Below are positions 42,530 to 52,496 of a stretch of 64,000 bases of DNA, piece after piece. How positions within the stretch are numbered: the stretch's first letter is position 1; every line of letters starts with the position of its first letter. The notes under the pieces were generated by a model, which saw only the letters and a program-made list of their open reading frames with translations, searched no databases and was not told the origin of the DNA. This DNA comes from Methanobacteriota archaeon (GTDB lineage: Archaea > Thermoplasmatota > Thermoplasmata > SG8-5 > JAGLSY01). The stretch spans positions 32,001-96,000 of the forward strand of contig JAEHCO010000005.1 of NCBI GenBank assembly GCA_020697715.1. The letters run 5' to 3'. The position numbers and the translations under genes were made by a program.

Positions 42530-44602
42530 TCAATTTTCATAAAAGTACTTCAATTCCTCTTCGATATTCCTCATGTTCCTCATTTTCAGATCTTCAGGAA
42601 AATAATTACTGTACTTCGGATATCCAAATCTCTTGTCCAGCAGGATGATCGCCGCCCGATCTGTTTCGGATCTGATACACCTGCCCATTGACTGGAGAAC
42701 GCGGTTGATGGCGGGCGATGTGTAGCCATAAGCTCGCCCGTTCCCCCTGCCGAACTTCCTATCATAATAATCGATAAGCTGGCTCTGCTCCAGAGATGGA
42801 GGGGCAAAGGGGACTCCAACGATCATGACCGAATTTAGAAGGTTATCCTTGTAATCTATTCCTTCGGATAGAGAGCCACCCATAACTCCGAGTAGAAGAC
42901 CGCCCCATGTGGACTTCAGATCCACCAGAGTATCCAGCATTCTTCTTTTCTGCGCCTTGTTCGAGGCCTGGGATTCCGCTAATATCTCCTTATCGGTCTC
43001 GATGCGGAAGCGAATTTCCTTCAGCAGGCCGTAAGATGGGAAGAAGACCGCGACATTGCCAGGTATGATCTTGCAAGCCCTGCCAATGTGCTTCGCGATG
43101 CGCTCGTACATCGCATCCGACCTCTCATTGTAAAGGGTGGTGACATCATCCGCCACATACACTGGCCGATTGGCTGGCGGGAAGGGTGATGGATAGGTTC
43201 GAAGTATCTGGGAACCATTCTCAATTCCCAGGATATCCGCGAACATCTTTGTTGGAAATAAGGTTCCGCTCATTATGATACTTGAATGGAATTCTTTGAA
43301 TATCGGAGCTGAGATAACAGACGGGTCCAGTAGTCGGAAGTAGAGCTTTGACCCATCCTTCTGGCTTGATATCCTGATAAGCCCCTCAAGATCCTGCTTG
43401 TAGCCCTCGAGGAACTCGCTGACTACCGCGGCGGAACTGCTCTGGCCTTTGACCATCCGGATCTCTCCGACCTTCTTCAGCTCCTTTATGAGCGAGTCAA
43501 GGTCCATGGCCTCGAAAAGTGACTGGCCCATGATCCCTTCTATCCTTGACAGGAAGACATCCTTATCGACAACTTCCTCCTTGCCAGGGGGAACCGCATC
43601 CAGGATCTTGCGCAATTCCTTCTTCATCATATTGAGTATGTGCGCCAGTTGTTTATTGGACATCTCGGATATTGCCTCGGAAAGCATGTTCGTTGTCAGG
43701 CTTTGGGTGTAATAATTCCTTATTCGATCTGGCAGATTATGTGCCTCGTCCACTATCACGATGCACTCGTCCAGTGACTTGTCAAATGATTCAAGGATCG
43801 TTTCCCTGATATCCTGGTCGAAGATGTAATTGTAATCACATATGATGACATTGGCACTGGCCGCAGCCTTCAATGCCACTTTATGGGGACAGGAGCGATG
43901 ACCAACAGCCACATCCTTCAATTCCTCCACATGAAGGATATTGGAATGTATCTGCCCTATCAGATCCTCATCTTCCGGAGCTTTGAAATAACTGCAAGTG
44001 CCGGTCTTCTGGCTGGTCCTGCAAAGGAGCGTGAAGGCCGCGTGAAATTCCTCAGATATATCCCTGGGGCACATGGCCTGCTTCGAGATTATATCCACAA
44101 CTTTTATCTTGGCATTGAAGATGGAATTGATGATCTTCAAGGTGTCCACGGCGATATAATGCTGAGATTGCTTCGATGTGAGAAAGAAGACCACCTTGCC
44201 AGTCTTGAGAGATTCCGTGATAGCCGGCACCAGAGCGGCAGCGGTCTTGCCAATACCAGTGGGTGCATAGGCTAAAAGATGTTTATTCAATTTTATGGCC
44301 GTGCTGGCATCCTTGATGAACTGTGCCTGTCCATCTCTGGCTGTAGGGTGTGGAAAATATGGAATGGTGGGATGTCTGGCATGAGCCTCTGTCATCTTGG
44401 GGGATGCGGCAAAGGCCGGATTTTTCTTCTTTAACTGATCGAAAGACATTCTCTCCGCAGGTGGTGATGAGCTTTTTGACCTGATCCGGCTATTACCCGA
44501 GCTGTGGCTTTGCTTGCTGCACTTGGGACAAAAGGTCTCCTTTGTCCCTCCCCTTTTTCGTATCTTCATTAAGGTTCCACAACCATCACAGAACATGGAC
44601 AT
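42530..44602 (-). CDS. XPD/Rad3/DinG-family Fe-S helicase with N-terminal Zn ribbon
   Basis: APTGIGKT, Fe-S cysteines, DEAHNL, MSGTL, FFPSY, SEGIDY, QSMGRCIRSETD. Confidence 0.92.
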   Translation of the reverse strand: MSMFCDGCGTLMKIRKRGGTKETFCPKCSKQSHSSGNSRIRSKSSSPPAERMSFDQLKKKNPAFAASPKMTEAHARHPTIPYFPHPTARDGQAQFIKDASTAIKLNKHLLAYAPTGIGKTAAALVPAITESLKTGKVVFFLTSKQSQHYIAVDTLKIINSIFNAKIKVVDIISKQAMCPRDISEEFHAAFTLLCRTSQKTGTCSYFKAPEDEDLIGQIHSNILHVEELKDVAVGHRSCPHKVALKAAASANVIICDYNYIFDQDIRETILESFDKSLDECIVIVDEAHNLPDRIRNYYTQSLTTNMLSEAISEMSNKQLAHILNMMKKELRKILDAVPPGKEEVVDKDVFLSRIEGIMGQSLFEAMDLDSLIKELKKVGEIRMVKGQSSSAAVVSEFLEGYKQDLEGLIRISSQKDGSKLYFRLLDPSVISAPIFKEFHSSIIMSGTLFPTKMFADILGIENGSQILRTYPSPFPPANRPVYVADDVTTLYNERSDAMYERIAKHIGRACKIIPGNVAVFFPSYGLLKEIRFRIETDKEILAESQASNKAQKRRMLDTLVDLKSTWGGLLLGVMGGSLSEGIDYKDNLLNSVMIVGVPFAPPSLEQSQLIDYYDRKFGRGNGRAYGYTSPAINRVLQSMGRCIRSETDRAAIILLDKRFGYPKYSNYFPEDLKMRNMRNIEEELKYFYEN

Positions 44603-44769
44603 TATGACGGCTGATGAGCTTAGAGTATTAGAGGGCTTTCATGGGGTTAGTGAAAGTATTGATTCAGTATATCCCGATTGGTAATAATAAGTATAGGCAA
44701 ATAATATATATGTAAGATTTATTGCATTGGTTATCCATATATATTCCCAAATTTATTTGAGGAAGAGCC

Positions 44770-47700
44770 ATGAAGCACAATTCACCCATAAAATCGAACG
44801 ATATAGGATCTGCCATAATTCCACAGTCCAAGGGCTTTACCAATGGTAATTCCAGCCATAACCATACGGGATTCACCAATGGAAGCACAAAAGCGCAGAA
44901 GGACATGACCGTGATCGGTGGGATGACCAATGGCATTAGGAACTCTGGCATGGTGAATGGCAGTGGAATGGTAAATGGTAGTGGACTCGTTAATGGTAAC
45001 GGTCTTGTCAATGGAAATGGCATGGTCAACGGCAATGGTTTGGTTAATGGAAGCGGACTCGTTAATGGCAACGGCCTTGTCAACGGCAATGGGCTTGTCA
45101 ATGGAAATGGCATGGTGAATGGCAGTGGAATGGTAAATGGAACTGGCATGACCAATGGCCTGGTCGGCACACCAAGGCTCAGTATTAACAATAAGGCCAT
45201 GGCTCCGAAAAAGACCTCGTATGTTCTGATAGTGGTCTTCATATTGATGATAACTTCGTCCTTTGCAGTATTGACTGGAACAGACGATGAAGCTATTATC
45301 GAGGGCATCTCGGTCGATGGAATATTCGAGGATTGGACAGAAGAACCACTGACAACGGATACTGGTTCCGTGACCACGCAGTCACTGGACATAGATTCAT
45401 ACGGTGTATCCACAAATGATGATGGACATTCCTTCATATATGCGAAGGCAAAAGGGAATTGGATGTCATCAGCAGAAGCCCAGAGTCTTCTGGTCTTCAT
45501 TGATTCTGATAATTCCGCGAGTACTGGCTATTCCATAGAAGGAATTGGCGCGGACAATGTATTGGATATCTATGGATGGGATGGAAAGATATCTGGCAAG
45601 CAATTTGGTGAGTTCATAGGCGCGGACAATAATGATTATTCATGGAGATTCTCAAGTATTCAGGCGAGCGCGGTCAATAATGAACTGGAGGCCAGCATAC
45701 CGAAAGTACTGGATGCAAATGCTAAGTTATTGTTCATGACCCGTAGCGGCAACTCTGTAACCGAGATATGCAATGCTCACATCTCCGAGGGAAAGGGATC
45801 ACTGATTGTTGAGCAGATACCGAAGGATGTGAATGGCATAGTATCAGCAAATTCAGTATTGGATCTCAAGCTCACAGCATATGGAGAGGATATCACTGTC
45901 AACAGTATCACATTCAGCAATATTGGTATCACAGCATCTGTAGCCGGATTGCCAGTTACGATCACAGCTGGCCAGACATCGACACTCAGCGCGAGCGGAA
46001 GTATCACATCCCTCGGTGATGGAACCTTCATAAGCACCAAGGTATCCAGCATTACATCGAATGGAGTTAATTCCATAATCGGAGACGGGGTCAAGGCCTA
46101 TGTGAACTCCGGTCCAGATGATATCAACATCGATGGGGCTTTCGCCGACTGGACAGGAATCAGCAGATCATCCGACACACAAGGAGATGTTGATAATCCA
46201 GACATCGATACTTTGGAATATGCTGCCACCAACTCCACCAATGATGCTTTCTTCTACCTGAAGATCGATCCAAATGGTATGATGATGGGGGGTAGTCAAG
46301 TACCTCATGGCAGACATAAGGCCACTTCCACAGGAGGAGGCGAAACCACACCTCCAGGCGAGCCAGGAACTCCATCAACACCAGCACCATTGATAAGGAC
46401 TGGTGGAGAAGATATGTCCAGAATATATGTGGATACAAAAGCAGGCGGACAGAAAGTGGGCGGCATCGAAGCCGACTTTTTGATAGAGATCAAGGGGATC
46501 GATGGAGATATCACCTCGAGTAAATTATATGGCCTACCAGCAAAGAATTTCATTCGTGATGTTCCAGCAGGAAATGGAATAACAGAATTGGAAACTGGCG
46601 TACCAATTGACGATATAGATTATATTGGCATCATGCAGGTTTATTTCCAATCAACCGACTGGAAGAGCAATATGGACGACACAGACCCTTATACTCTGAT
46701 TCCAGCATTGCAGAATATCACGCTGAACAATACAGGTAATGGAACAAGGAGCGGGGGTGAATACGAGACTGACGATTACGGAACAGCCTCGGTCTTTGAA
46801 TCTGCATCCACATTATACACCTCCATAGTTTATGACACATCAACTGGCAATATCGTGGTCGCATACCAGGGAGCGAGCAATGATGGAACTGCAGTTGTAG
46901 GAACCGTGTCTGGAGACGCCATCACATTCGGAACTCCAGCAACCTTCACAACTGGCCTTATATCAGCAACTTGGGTATCCGCAGCATTCGACTCGAACAA
47001 TAACAAGGTGGTGATATCATATCGTGGAGAATTTGGATATGGACATGCGATAGTTCCTTCAATAACTGGCACGACCATATCATTCCCAACAGCGGCAACG
47101 GTATTCGCTGTGGGAAGCACGATCTATACTGCTACCACCTTCGACCCATCAACCAACAGGATAGTGATATCTTATCAGAATCAAACTGCTGGAGGACAAG
47201 GAAGGGCAAGGGTTGGGGTAGTAAGTGGCACAACCATATCTTTCCCATCACCGGAAGTGGCCTTTGAAACCACAGGAACCACATATATTTCATCCACATT
47301 CGATTCTACCAATAACAAAGTAGTAACTGTTTATCAGACCGCGGCTGGTGCCAAGGCAAGGGTCGGAACTGTATCGGGCACGACAATCAACTATGGTACT
47401 GCAGTGACTTACACCACAAGCAATACCAACTACATCTCCACAACTTTCGATACCACGAATGGCAAAGTGATCATAGCCTACACGGATGTGACCAATTCCT
47501 TCAATGGAACAGCAATAGTCGGAACTGTATCGGGTACAGACATCAGTTTCGGAACAGCTGCCGTATATGAAGCTGGCGCAACTCACAGCAATGCCATTAC
47601 CTATAATTCTGTGACTGGACAATTGATGATCGCCTACAGAGAGACCATTTCAAATTACGGAAAAGGTGTATTGGGATCAGTATCCGGCACAGACATCAGT

Positions 47701-47928
47701 TTCGGCTCACCAGTAACATTCAATACCGATACTCCAGCATATATCTCAATTGCATATGATCCTACAAATGAGCGAGGGATCATCACATACCAGGATGGAG
47801 GCAATTCAAATTACGGAACAGCTGTCACAATGGATGTTCCCGAGTTCCCAACGCCATTACTTCCAATACTAATCATGCTTGGAATGGCATTCATTATTCA
47901 GAGAAAGCGCAGGGAGGTGGTCTTGTGA
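44770..47928 (+). CDS. Large cell-surface protein: N-terminal G[LM]VNG repeats, TM/signal segment, duplicated beta domains, 7-repeat propeller-like region, PEF-CTERM-type sorting signal
   Basis: Ends VPEFPTPLLPILIMLGMAFIIQRKRR. Two I.VDG.F.DW domains and seven ~50-aa F/YGT...FD....KVV..Y repeats. Confidence 0.8.
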   Translation: MKHNSPIKSNDIGSAIIPQSKGFTNGNSSHNHTGFTNGSTKAQKDMTVIGGMTNGIRNSGMVNGSGMVNGSGLVNGNGLVNGNGMVNGNGLVNGSGLVNGNGLVNGNGLVNGNGMVNGSGMVNGTGMTNGLVGTPRLSINNKAMAPKKTSYVLIVVFILMITSSFAVLTGTDDEAIIEGISVDGIFEDWTEEPLTTDTGSVTTQSLDIDSYGVSTNDDGHSFIYAKAKGNWMSSAEAQSLLVFIDSDNSASTGYSIEGIGADNVLDIYGWDGKISGKQFGEFIGADNNDYSWRFSSIQASAVNNELEASIPKVLDANAKLLFMTRSGNSVTEICNAHISEGKGSLIVEQIPKDVNGIVSANSVLDLKLTAYGEDITVNSITFSNIGITASVAGLPVTITAGQTSTLSASGSITSLGDGTFISTKVSSITSNGVNSIIGDGVKAYVNSGPDDINIDGAFADWTGISRSSDTQGDVDNPDIDTLEYAATNSTNDAFFYLKIDPNGMMMGGSQVPHGRHKATSTGGGETTPPGEPGTPSTPAPLIRTGGEDMSRIYVDTKAGGQKVGGIEADFLIEIKGIDGDITSSKLYGLPAKNFIRDVPAGNGITELETGVPIDDIDYIGIMQVYFQSTDWKSNMDDTDPYTLIPALQNITLNNTGNGTRSGGEYETDDYGTASVFESASTLYTSIVYDTSTGNIVVAYQGASNDGTAVVGTVSGDAITFGTPATFTTGLISATWVSAAFDSNNNKVVISYRGEFGYGHAIVPSITGTTISFPTAATVFAVGSTIYTATTFDPSTNRIVISYQNQTAGGQGRARVGVVSGTTISFPSPEVAFETTGTTYISSTFDSTNNKVVTVYQTAAGAKARVGTVSGTTINYGTAVTYTTSNTNYISTTFDTTNGKVIIAYTDVTNSFNGTAIVGTVSGTDISFGTAAVYEAGATHSNAITYNSVTGQLMIAYRETISNYGKGVLGSVSGTDISFGSPVTFNTDTPAYISIAYDPTNERGIITYQDGGNSNYGTAVTMDVPEFPTPLLPILIMLGMAFIIQRKRREVVL
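44947..45162 (+). repeat. 12 tandem 18-bp coding repeats (G[LM][VT]NG[NSTL])
   Basis: Directly visible; synonymous codons vary between units. Confidence 0.9.
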
Positions 47929-49046
47929 GCAAGAAGAAAGTGGAAGAAATTGAAGACCTAGCAGAGTGCCCCACCTGTGGAGAACTTATTCCCGAAGATG
48001 CTGGCAAGTGCCCTGAATGTGGCGAAGAGTTCGATGAGGGCTTTGAGGATGAAGAGGTAGAGGCTGTGGAAATAAAAGAAGAGCCAAAAGCAAAACCCAA
48101 GATGGAAAAGAAGTTCAAAAATGATAAGAATAAAGATAAAGAGGATAAGAAGAAGTTAAAGGAAAATATCCAGAAGGAAAAGGAACTGGATAAGATGCCT
48201 GAAACTTCTGGTGTCAAGTACACGCTTCTCATCATAGGCATCATGCTTTGCCTTGCCGGAATGTTCGGAGTCGTAGGGCTGAGAACTGGTATCGTGCAAT
48301 CACTGCTTGGAGATGCAAATGCATACCCTGGCATTGGATCTGTAGAGCCAAGTGGGCATATTGTTTCCATAATACCTTTCGTGGGAGGACTTGTCACCAT
48401 ATTCTTCTGGGGTATCAAGAACGAGCCTCTTTACGTCGAAAAGGGAGAACTGGTGGAAGAGGAGAAGGAAGATAAATTCTCCTTTGAGGATGAAGAGGAT
48501 GATAAAGAAGAGGAAGAAGTTACCGTCCCAGAGCCAGTTAAACCTGTTAAAGAATTGAAAATTGAAAGGCCCAAGCCAGTTGTGCGTAAAAAGCCAGTTC
48601 CTGTAAAAGAAAAGGCAGAGATAGAAGAGATCATGGACGATATTGACGACATCGATGCAGAAATTGAAGATACCGTGGATGATGTCGAAGAGCTCGATGG
48701 ACTGGCAGAAAGCCTTGCTGAAGATGAGAGAAGAGAAGCTTGCAGATCGATACTCATGAACGCCATCCTGCTTGATGAGGACAGAAAAGTATTGGCAAAG
48801 CAGATCTTACTTGGAGTAAAAGAAGATAATTTCAAGATAATGGTCAAAAAAGCCGAGCAAAAGAAAATAAAGAAAGAGGCCGAGCTCAAGAAGCAATATG
48901 AGAAAATGGATGCAGAGGAGATCGGCACTAGCCTTGAGGATGAGCTGGCTGCGGAATTAGCACTGCTGGAAGAAGAGCTCGAGGATGATGAAGAGGACCT
49001 TGAAGAGAAGATCTTGAAGGAAATAGAGGACCTCGAGGATCTGTAG
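47925..49046 (+). CDS. Zn-ribbon membrane protein with highly acidic C-terminus
   Basis: CPTCG...CPECG, two TM helices, D/E-rich tail. GTGA overlap with the upstream stop. Confidence 0.7.
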   Translation: MSKKKVEEIEDLAECPTCGELIPEDAGKCPECGEEFDEGFEDEEVEAVEIKEEPKAKPKMEKKFKNDKNKDKEDKKKLKENIQKEKELDKMPETSGVKYTLLIIGIMLCLAGMFGVVGLRTGIVQSLLGDANAYPGIGSVEPSGHIVSIIPFVGGLVTIFFWGIKNEPLYVEKGELVEEEKEDKFSFEDEEDDKEEEEVTVPEPVKPVKELKIERPKPVVRKKPVPVKEKAEIEEIMDDIDDIDAEIEDTVDDVEELDGLAESLAEDERREACRSILMNAILLDEDRKVLAKQILLGVKEDNFKIMVKKAEQKKIKKEAELKKQYEKMDAEEIGTSLEDELAAELALLEEELEDDEEDLEEKILKEIEDLEDL

Positions 49047-49054
49047 GTGGAACA

Positions 49055-49549
49055 TTGGCTCAGTTGAAATTGAGAAGAAGGCACAGGCTCAGACGCAAGG
49101 AGATAGTCAAGCTCAGCGGAGAATTGAAGGATATTCTGGAATGTGATACCTTCAATGAAGAGGATAATGTAGAAACTGCCAATGCTGGAGATAATGATCT
49201 CATCCTGTACAAGGGAGTTCCTTTTGGTATATACATTGATGAAAAGCCCTTTCTTTTGATAAGAGGCATACTGAAATTCATGCCAGATAAAAAATGGATC
49301 ACTGTCGATATGGGGGCTGTGAAATTCCTGGCCAATGGGGCGGATGTGATGTCCCCGGGCATTGTGGATGCTGATATGGGAATTGTTCCTGGAGAAGGTG
49401 TCTGGATAAGGGATGAAAGGAACAAGAAGCCACTGGCTGTCGGGATCGCCCAGATGCCAGCGAATGAAATGGTCAATACAAAAAGCGGTAAAGCGGTCAA
49501 GACCATCCATTATATCGGAGACAAGATCTGGAAACTGAGCGAGGAATAG
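49055..49549 (+). CDS. PUA-domain RNA-binding protein (MCT-1/Tma20-like)
   Basis: VDMGAVKFLANGADVMSPGI, GKAVKTIHYIGDKIW. TTG start after GGTGG. Confidence 0.9.
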   Translation: MAQLKLRRRHRLRRKEIVKLSGELKDILECDTFNEEDNVETANAGDNDLILYKGVPFGIYIDEKPFLLIRGILKFMPDKKWITVDMGAVKFLANGADVMSPGIVDADMGIVPGEGVWIRDERNKKPLAVGIAQMPANEMVNTKSGKAVKTIHYIGDKIWKLSEE

Positions 49550-49629
49550 GCTCGCTCATGCTCATTTATACTTAATCTATATATATTAAAAGGCTATGTA
49601 GCGGTCTACTCTGTCACAGGTAATGTGGA

Positions 49630-49699
49630 TTGAATGAGCGAACTGGGTTCGCGCATGCAGAACTTCGAAAGAGGTTCGAAATGGAGAGATTCAATATGG
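49630..49699 (+). repeat. Double-hairpin element supplying the SD/ATG region of rps6e
   Basis: TTGAATGAGCGAACTGGGTTCGCGCATGCA...GAGAGATTCAATATGG. 24/30 identity plus a 16/16 exact tail against 37351-37412. Confidence 0.75.
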
Positions 49700-50091
49700 T
49701 TGAATTCAAAGCAAATATATCTGACCAGAAATCAGGAAAGTCCTATCAAAGGGAAATAAGCGGCCATCAGGCCAGTGCACTTCTAGGTAAGAAGATAGGA
49801 GATACAGTAGATGGTATCTTCATGGAAATGCCTGGATACAAGCTGGAGATAACTGGTGGTAGCGATAAAGATGGTTTTAGCATGAGGAAGGACCTTCCAG
49901 GGCCACGCAGAAAGAAACTTCTTGTATCAAAGGGTATTGGCTTCAACCCCAATAAGGACGGCGAGAGGAGAAGGAAGAACTACAGAGGAGATACAATATC
50001 TCCAGACATAGTTCAGCTTAATCTGAAGATCGCCAGAATGGGGCCAAAGAAAGTGGAAGATCTTCTTGGCTCCCCAGAGGAGACAAAATGA
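49696..50091 (+). CDS. rps6e: 30S ribosomal protein S6e
   Basis: [33 protein letters not shown]. Confidence 0.95.
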   Translation: MVEFKANISDQKSGKSYQREISGHQASALLGKKIGDTVDGIFMEMPGYKLEITGGSDKDGFSMRKDLPGPRRKKLLVSKGIGFNPNKDGERRRKNYRGDTISPDIVQLNLKIARMGPKKVEDLLGSPEETK

Positions 50092-51317
50092 AGGGTAAAA
50101 AACAGCCCGAAGTGAATATAGGCATGATCGGCCATGTGGATCATGGTAAGACAACCCTAACAAAAGCTCTGACTGGCGATTGGACAGACAGACATTCTGA
50201 AGAGATCAAGCGTGGAATTTCTATTAAGCTGGGATATGCAGATGCCACTATCTACAAATGTCCAGATTGCTCAGAAGGCGAGAATTATTCAGTAAAGAAG
50301 AAATGCTCCTGTGGTAAAGCTGCAGAGGAGCAAAGATCCATATCTTTTGTAGATGCACCAGGGCACGAGACCCTGATGGCCACCATGCTCTCAGGAGCGG
50401 CCATCATGAATGGTGCTCTTTTACTCATTGCGGCCAATGAAACATGCCCACAGCCACAGACCAAGGAACACCTGATGGCATTGACCATATCAGGTGTTGA
50501 GAATATCATCATAGTTCAGAACAAGATAGACCTGGTAAGCGAAGAAGAGGCGATGAAGAACTTTGAAGAGATCAAGGCATTTGTTAAAGGTTCCATTGCA
50601 GAAAATGCACCAGTCATACCGATATGCGCCCACAATGAGGTGAATGTCGGATATCTGATAGATGCTATCCAGGATCATATCCCATCTCCCGAATTGCAGG
50701 AAGACTTGCCAGCCAGGATGTTCGTGGCAAGATCATTTGACGTTAATAATCCCGGAGGCGGGCCAGATGACCTCATTGGTGGTGTCATTGGCGGTACTCT
50801 TATCCAGGGTGTCTTCAAGAAGGGACAGGATATAGAGATCTCACCGGGTGTGAAGATAGAGATAAAGGGACAAACAGAATGGACCAAGATACATACCAAG
50901 ATAACTTCCCTATATGCGGGCAATAAGCTCCATAAAGAAGTGAAGCAGGGTGGCCTCATCGCGGTCGGGACATTGCTCGACCCTAATATCACAAAATCAG
51001 ATACATTGATCGGCAGGGTGGTAGGAACCCCTGGCACATTACCAGATGTTCTTCATTCATTTTCAATGAACATCAACCTTCTGGAAAGAGTCGTAGGATC
51101 CGAGAAAGAGCTGGAGGTGGACAGCCTGAAGACCAATGAGCCACTTATGCTCAATGTCGGCACCAGCACCACAGTGGGGATGGTATCCAGCGCCAGAAAG
51201 GACGTTGCAGATGTCAAGCTAAAGATCCCTGTCTGTGCGGAGAAAGGCCAGAGAGTGGCCATCAGCAGGCGTATTTCCGGCAAGTGGCGGTTGATCGGGT
51301 ACGGTATCATAAGATGA
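50088..51317 (+). CDS. eif2g: Translation initiation factor 2 gamma subunit
   Basis: [46 protein letters not shown]. Confidence 0.97.
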   Translation: MKGKKQPEVNIGMIGHVDHGKTTLTKALTGDWTDRHSEEIKRGISIKLGYADATIYKCPDCSEGENYSVKKKCSCGKAAEEQRSISFVDAPGHETLMATMLSGAAIMNGALLLIAANETCPQPQTKEHLMALTISGVENIIIVQNKIDLVSEEEAMKNFEEIKAFVKGSIAENAPVIPICAHNEVNVGYLIDAIQDHIPSPELQEDLPARMFVARSFDVNNPGGGPDDLIGGVIGGTLIQGVFKKGQDIEISPGVKIEIKGQTEWTKIHTKITSLYAGNKLHKEVKQGGLIAVGTLLDPNITKSDTLIGRVVGTPGTLPDVLHSFSMNINLLERVVGSEKELEVDSLKTNEPLMLNVGTSTTVGMVSSARKDVADVKLKIPVCAEKGQRVAISRRISGKWRLIGYGIIR

Positions 51318-51685
51318 AGATAGTTATCGCGGACTCAAACGCCCTTCTCATGCCTTTTAAGAATTCTATCAATATCGATTCCGAGCTGGCAGGCATTTTA
51401 GGTAGCTACAAGATCATGGTCCCCGCTCCGATAATCGGGGAGCTTAAGAAATTGAGTGATAAGATCCCAGAGGCAAAGATCGCATTGAAGCTGGCCATGA
51501 CGAAGGAGCTGGTGGAGACTGAAACAATGGGCGATGCTTCGGTGATAGAGGCCGCTGTCAAGATGGATGGGATAGTCCTGACGAATGATAGAGAGCTCAT
51601 TGGCATTGCCTTGAAGCAGAGAATTCCGGTCATCAGGATGATGGGAAAGAAGAGACTGGTTCTCACAGATCACAAGAATCGATAG
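51314..51685 (+). CDS. PIN-domain protein (Fcf1/Utp24-like)
   Basis: [26 protein letters not shown]; conserved position after aIF2-gamma. Confidence 0.85.
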   Translation: MKIVIADSNALLMPFKNSINIDSELAGILGSYKIMVPAPIIGELKKLSDKIPEAKIALKLAMTKELVETETMGDASVIEAAVKMDGIVLTNDRELIGIALKQRIPVIRMMGKKRLVLTDHKNR

Positions 51686-51792
51686 TGCGTGATCGCATAT
51701 CATCCGTACACCATGAATTGACAATATTGCAGTGCACACACTTTGATATTTTGAAGCAAAGTGTTTTTATGAGATATGTATAACCATCTCGC

Positions 51793-52443
51793 ATGAACTG
51801 GGAAATCGAGATATTGAAGATACTGGGCCTCAGGGGCGCCCTAAATGGCTTCATAACCGTCACATCCAGTGAGCTGGCTGAAGACCTTGGTACCAGCCAG
51901 CAGACCGCCTCCAATCGTATTCTATCACTTCTCAAGAATGGAAGTATAGAAAGAAAAATGGGCACGAGGCATCAGAGGATCAAGATCACTGCCAGAGGTA
52001 AAGACATGCTCTGCAAGGAATATGCAGATTACATGGCCATGTTCAAACCAGTGGAGAAGATCATCATGAAAGGAACTGTATCTGCGGGATTGGGAGAAGG
52101 ACAATATTATGTCGCCCAGTATGCGGATCAGTTCAAGACCAGTCTGGGGTTCAAACCATTTGAGGGAACTCTGAACCTTACAGTGGATGAGGAAAATGCG
52201 CAGAAACTGAGCCATGTTCCCAGATCCGCAATTATCGAGATCAAGAGCTTCAAGGCAGATGGCCGGAGCTTTGGGAAAGTATCCTGCATACCTGCGAGGA
52301 TCAGGGATGTGCAATGCGCCATCGTGATACCAAAACGATCACATCATATCAATGTGATCGAGGTACTGGCCCAGTACCATCTTAGAAAGAATCTGAAGAT
52401 CGAAGAGGGAGAAGACCTTGAGATCATCATAGATATTGAGTAA
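51793..52443 (+). CDS. ribK: CTP-dependent riboflavin kinase with N-terminal wHTH (RbkR type)
   Basis: SSELAEDLGTSQQTAS HTH; GLGEGQYYV, PFEGTLN, IEVLA..HLR. Confidence 0.92.
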   Translation: MNWEIEILKILGLRGALNGFITVTSSELAEDLGTSQQTASNRILSLLKNGSIERKMGTRHQRIKITARGKDMLCKEYADYMAMFKPVEKIIMKGTVSAGLGEGQYYVAQYADQFKTSLGFKPFEGTLNLTVDEENAQKLSHVPRSAIIEIKSFKADGRSFGKVSCIPARIRDVQCAIVIPKRSHHINVIEVLAQYHLRKNLKIEEGEDLEIIIDIE

Positions 52444-52496
52444 GATGGCAATATATTAAGTATGGATATCAAATTAATGCTATACAGAGTGGTTCG

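Noticed and set aside
44947-45162. CRISPR or non-coding VNTR
   Set aside because: In-frame 18-bp coding repeat with synonymous variation inside a 1052-aa ORF; no spacers.
48431-49510. 359-aa antisense ORF, and other long antisense or overlapping ORFs such as 44664-45500 and 4751-5494
   Set aside because: Shadows of Glu/Asp-rich or repetitive sense genes (Ser/Phe- or Pro-rich translations) with no independent motifs or SD.
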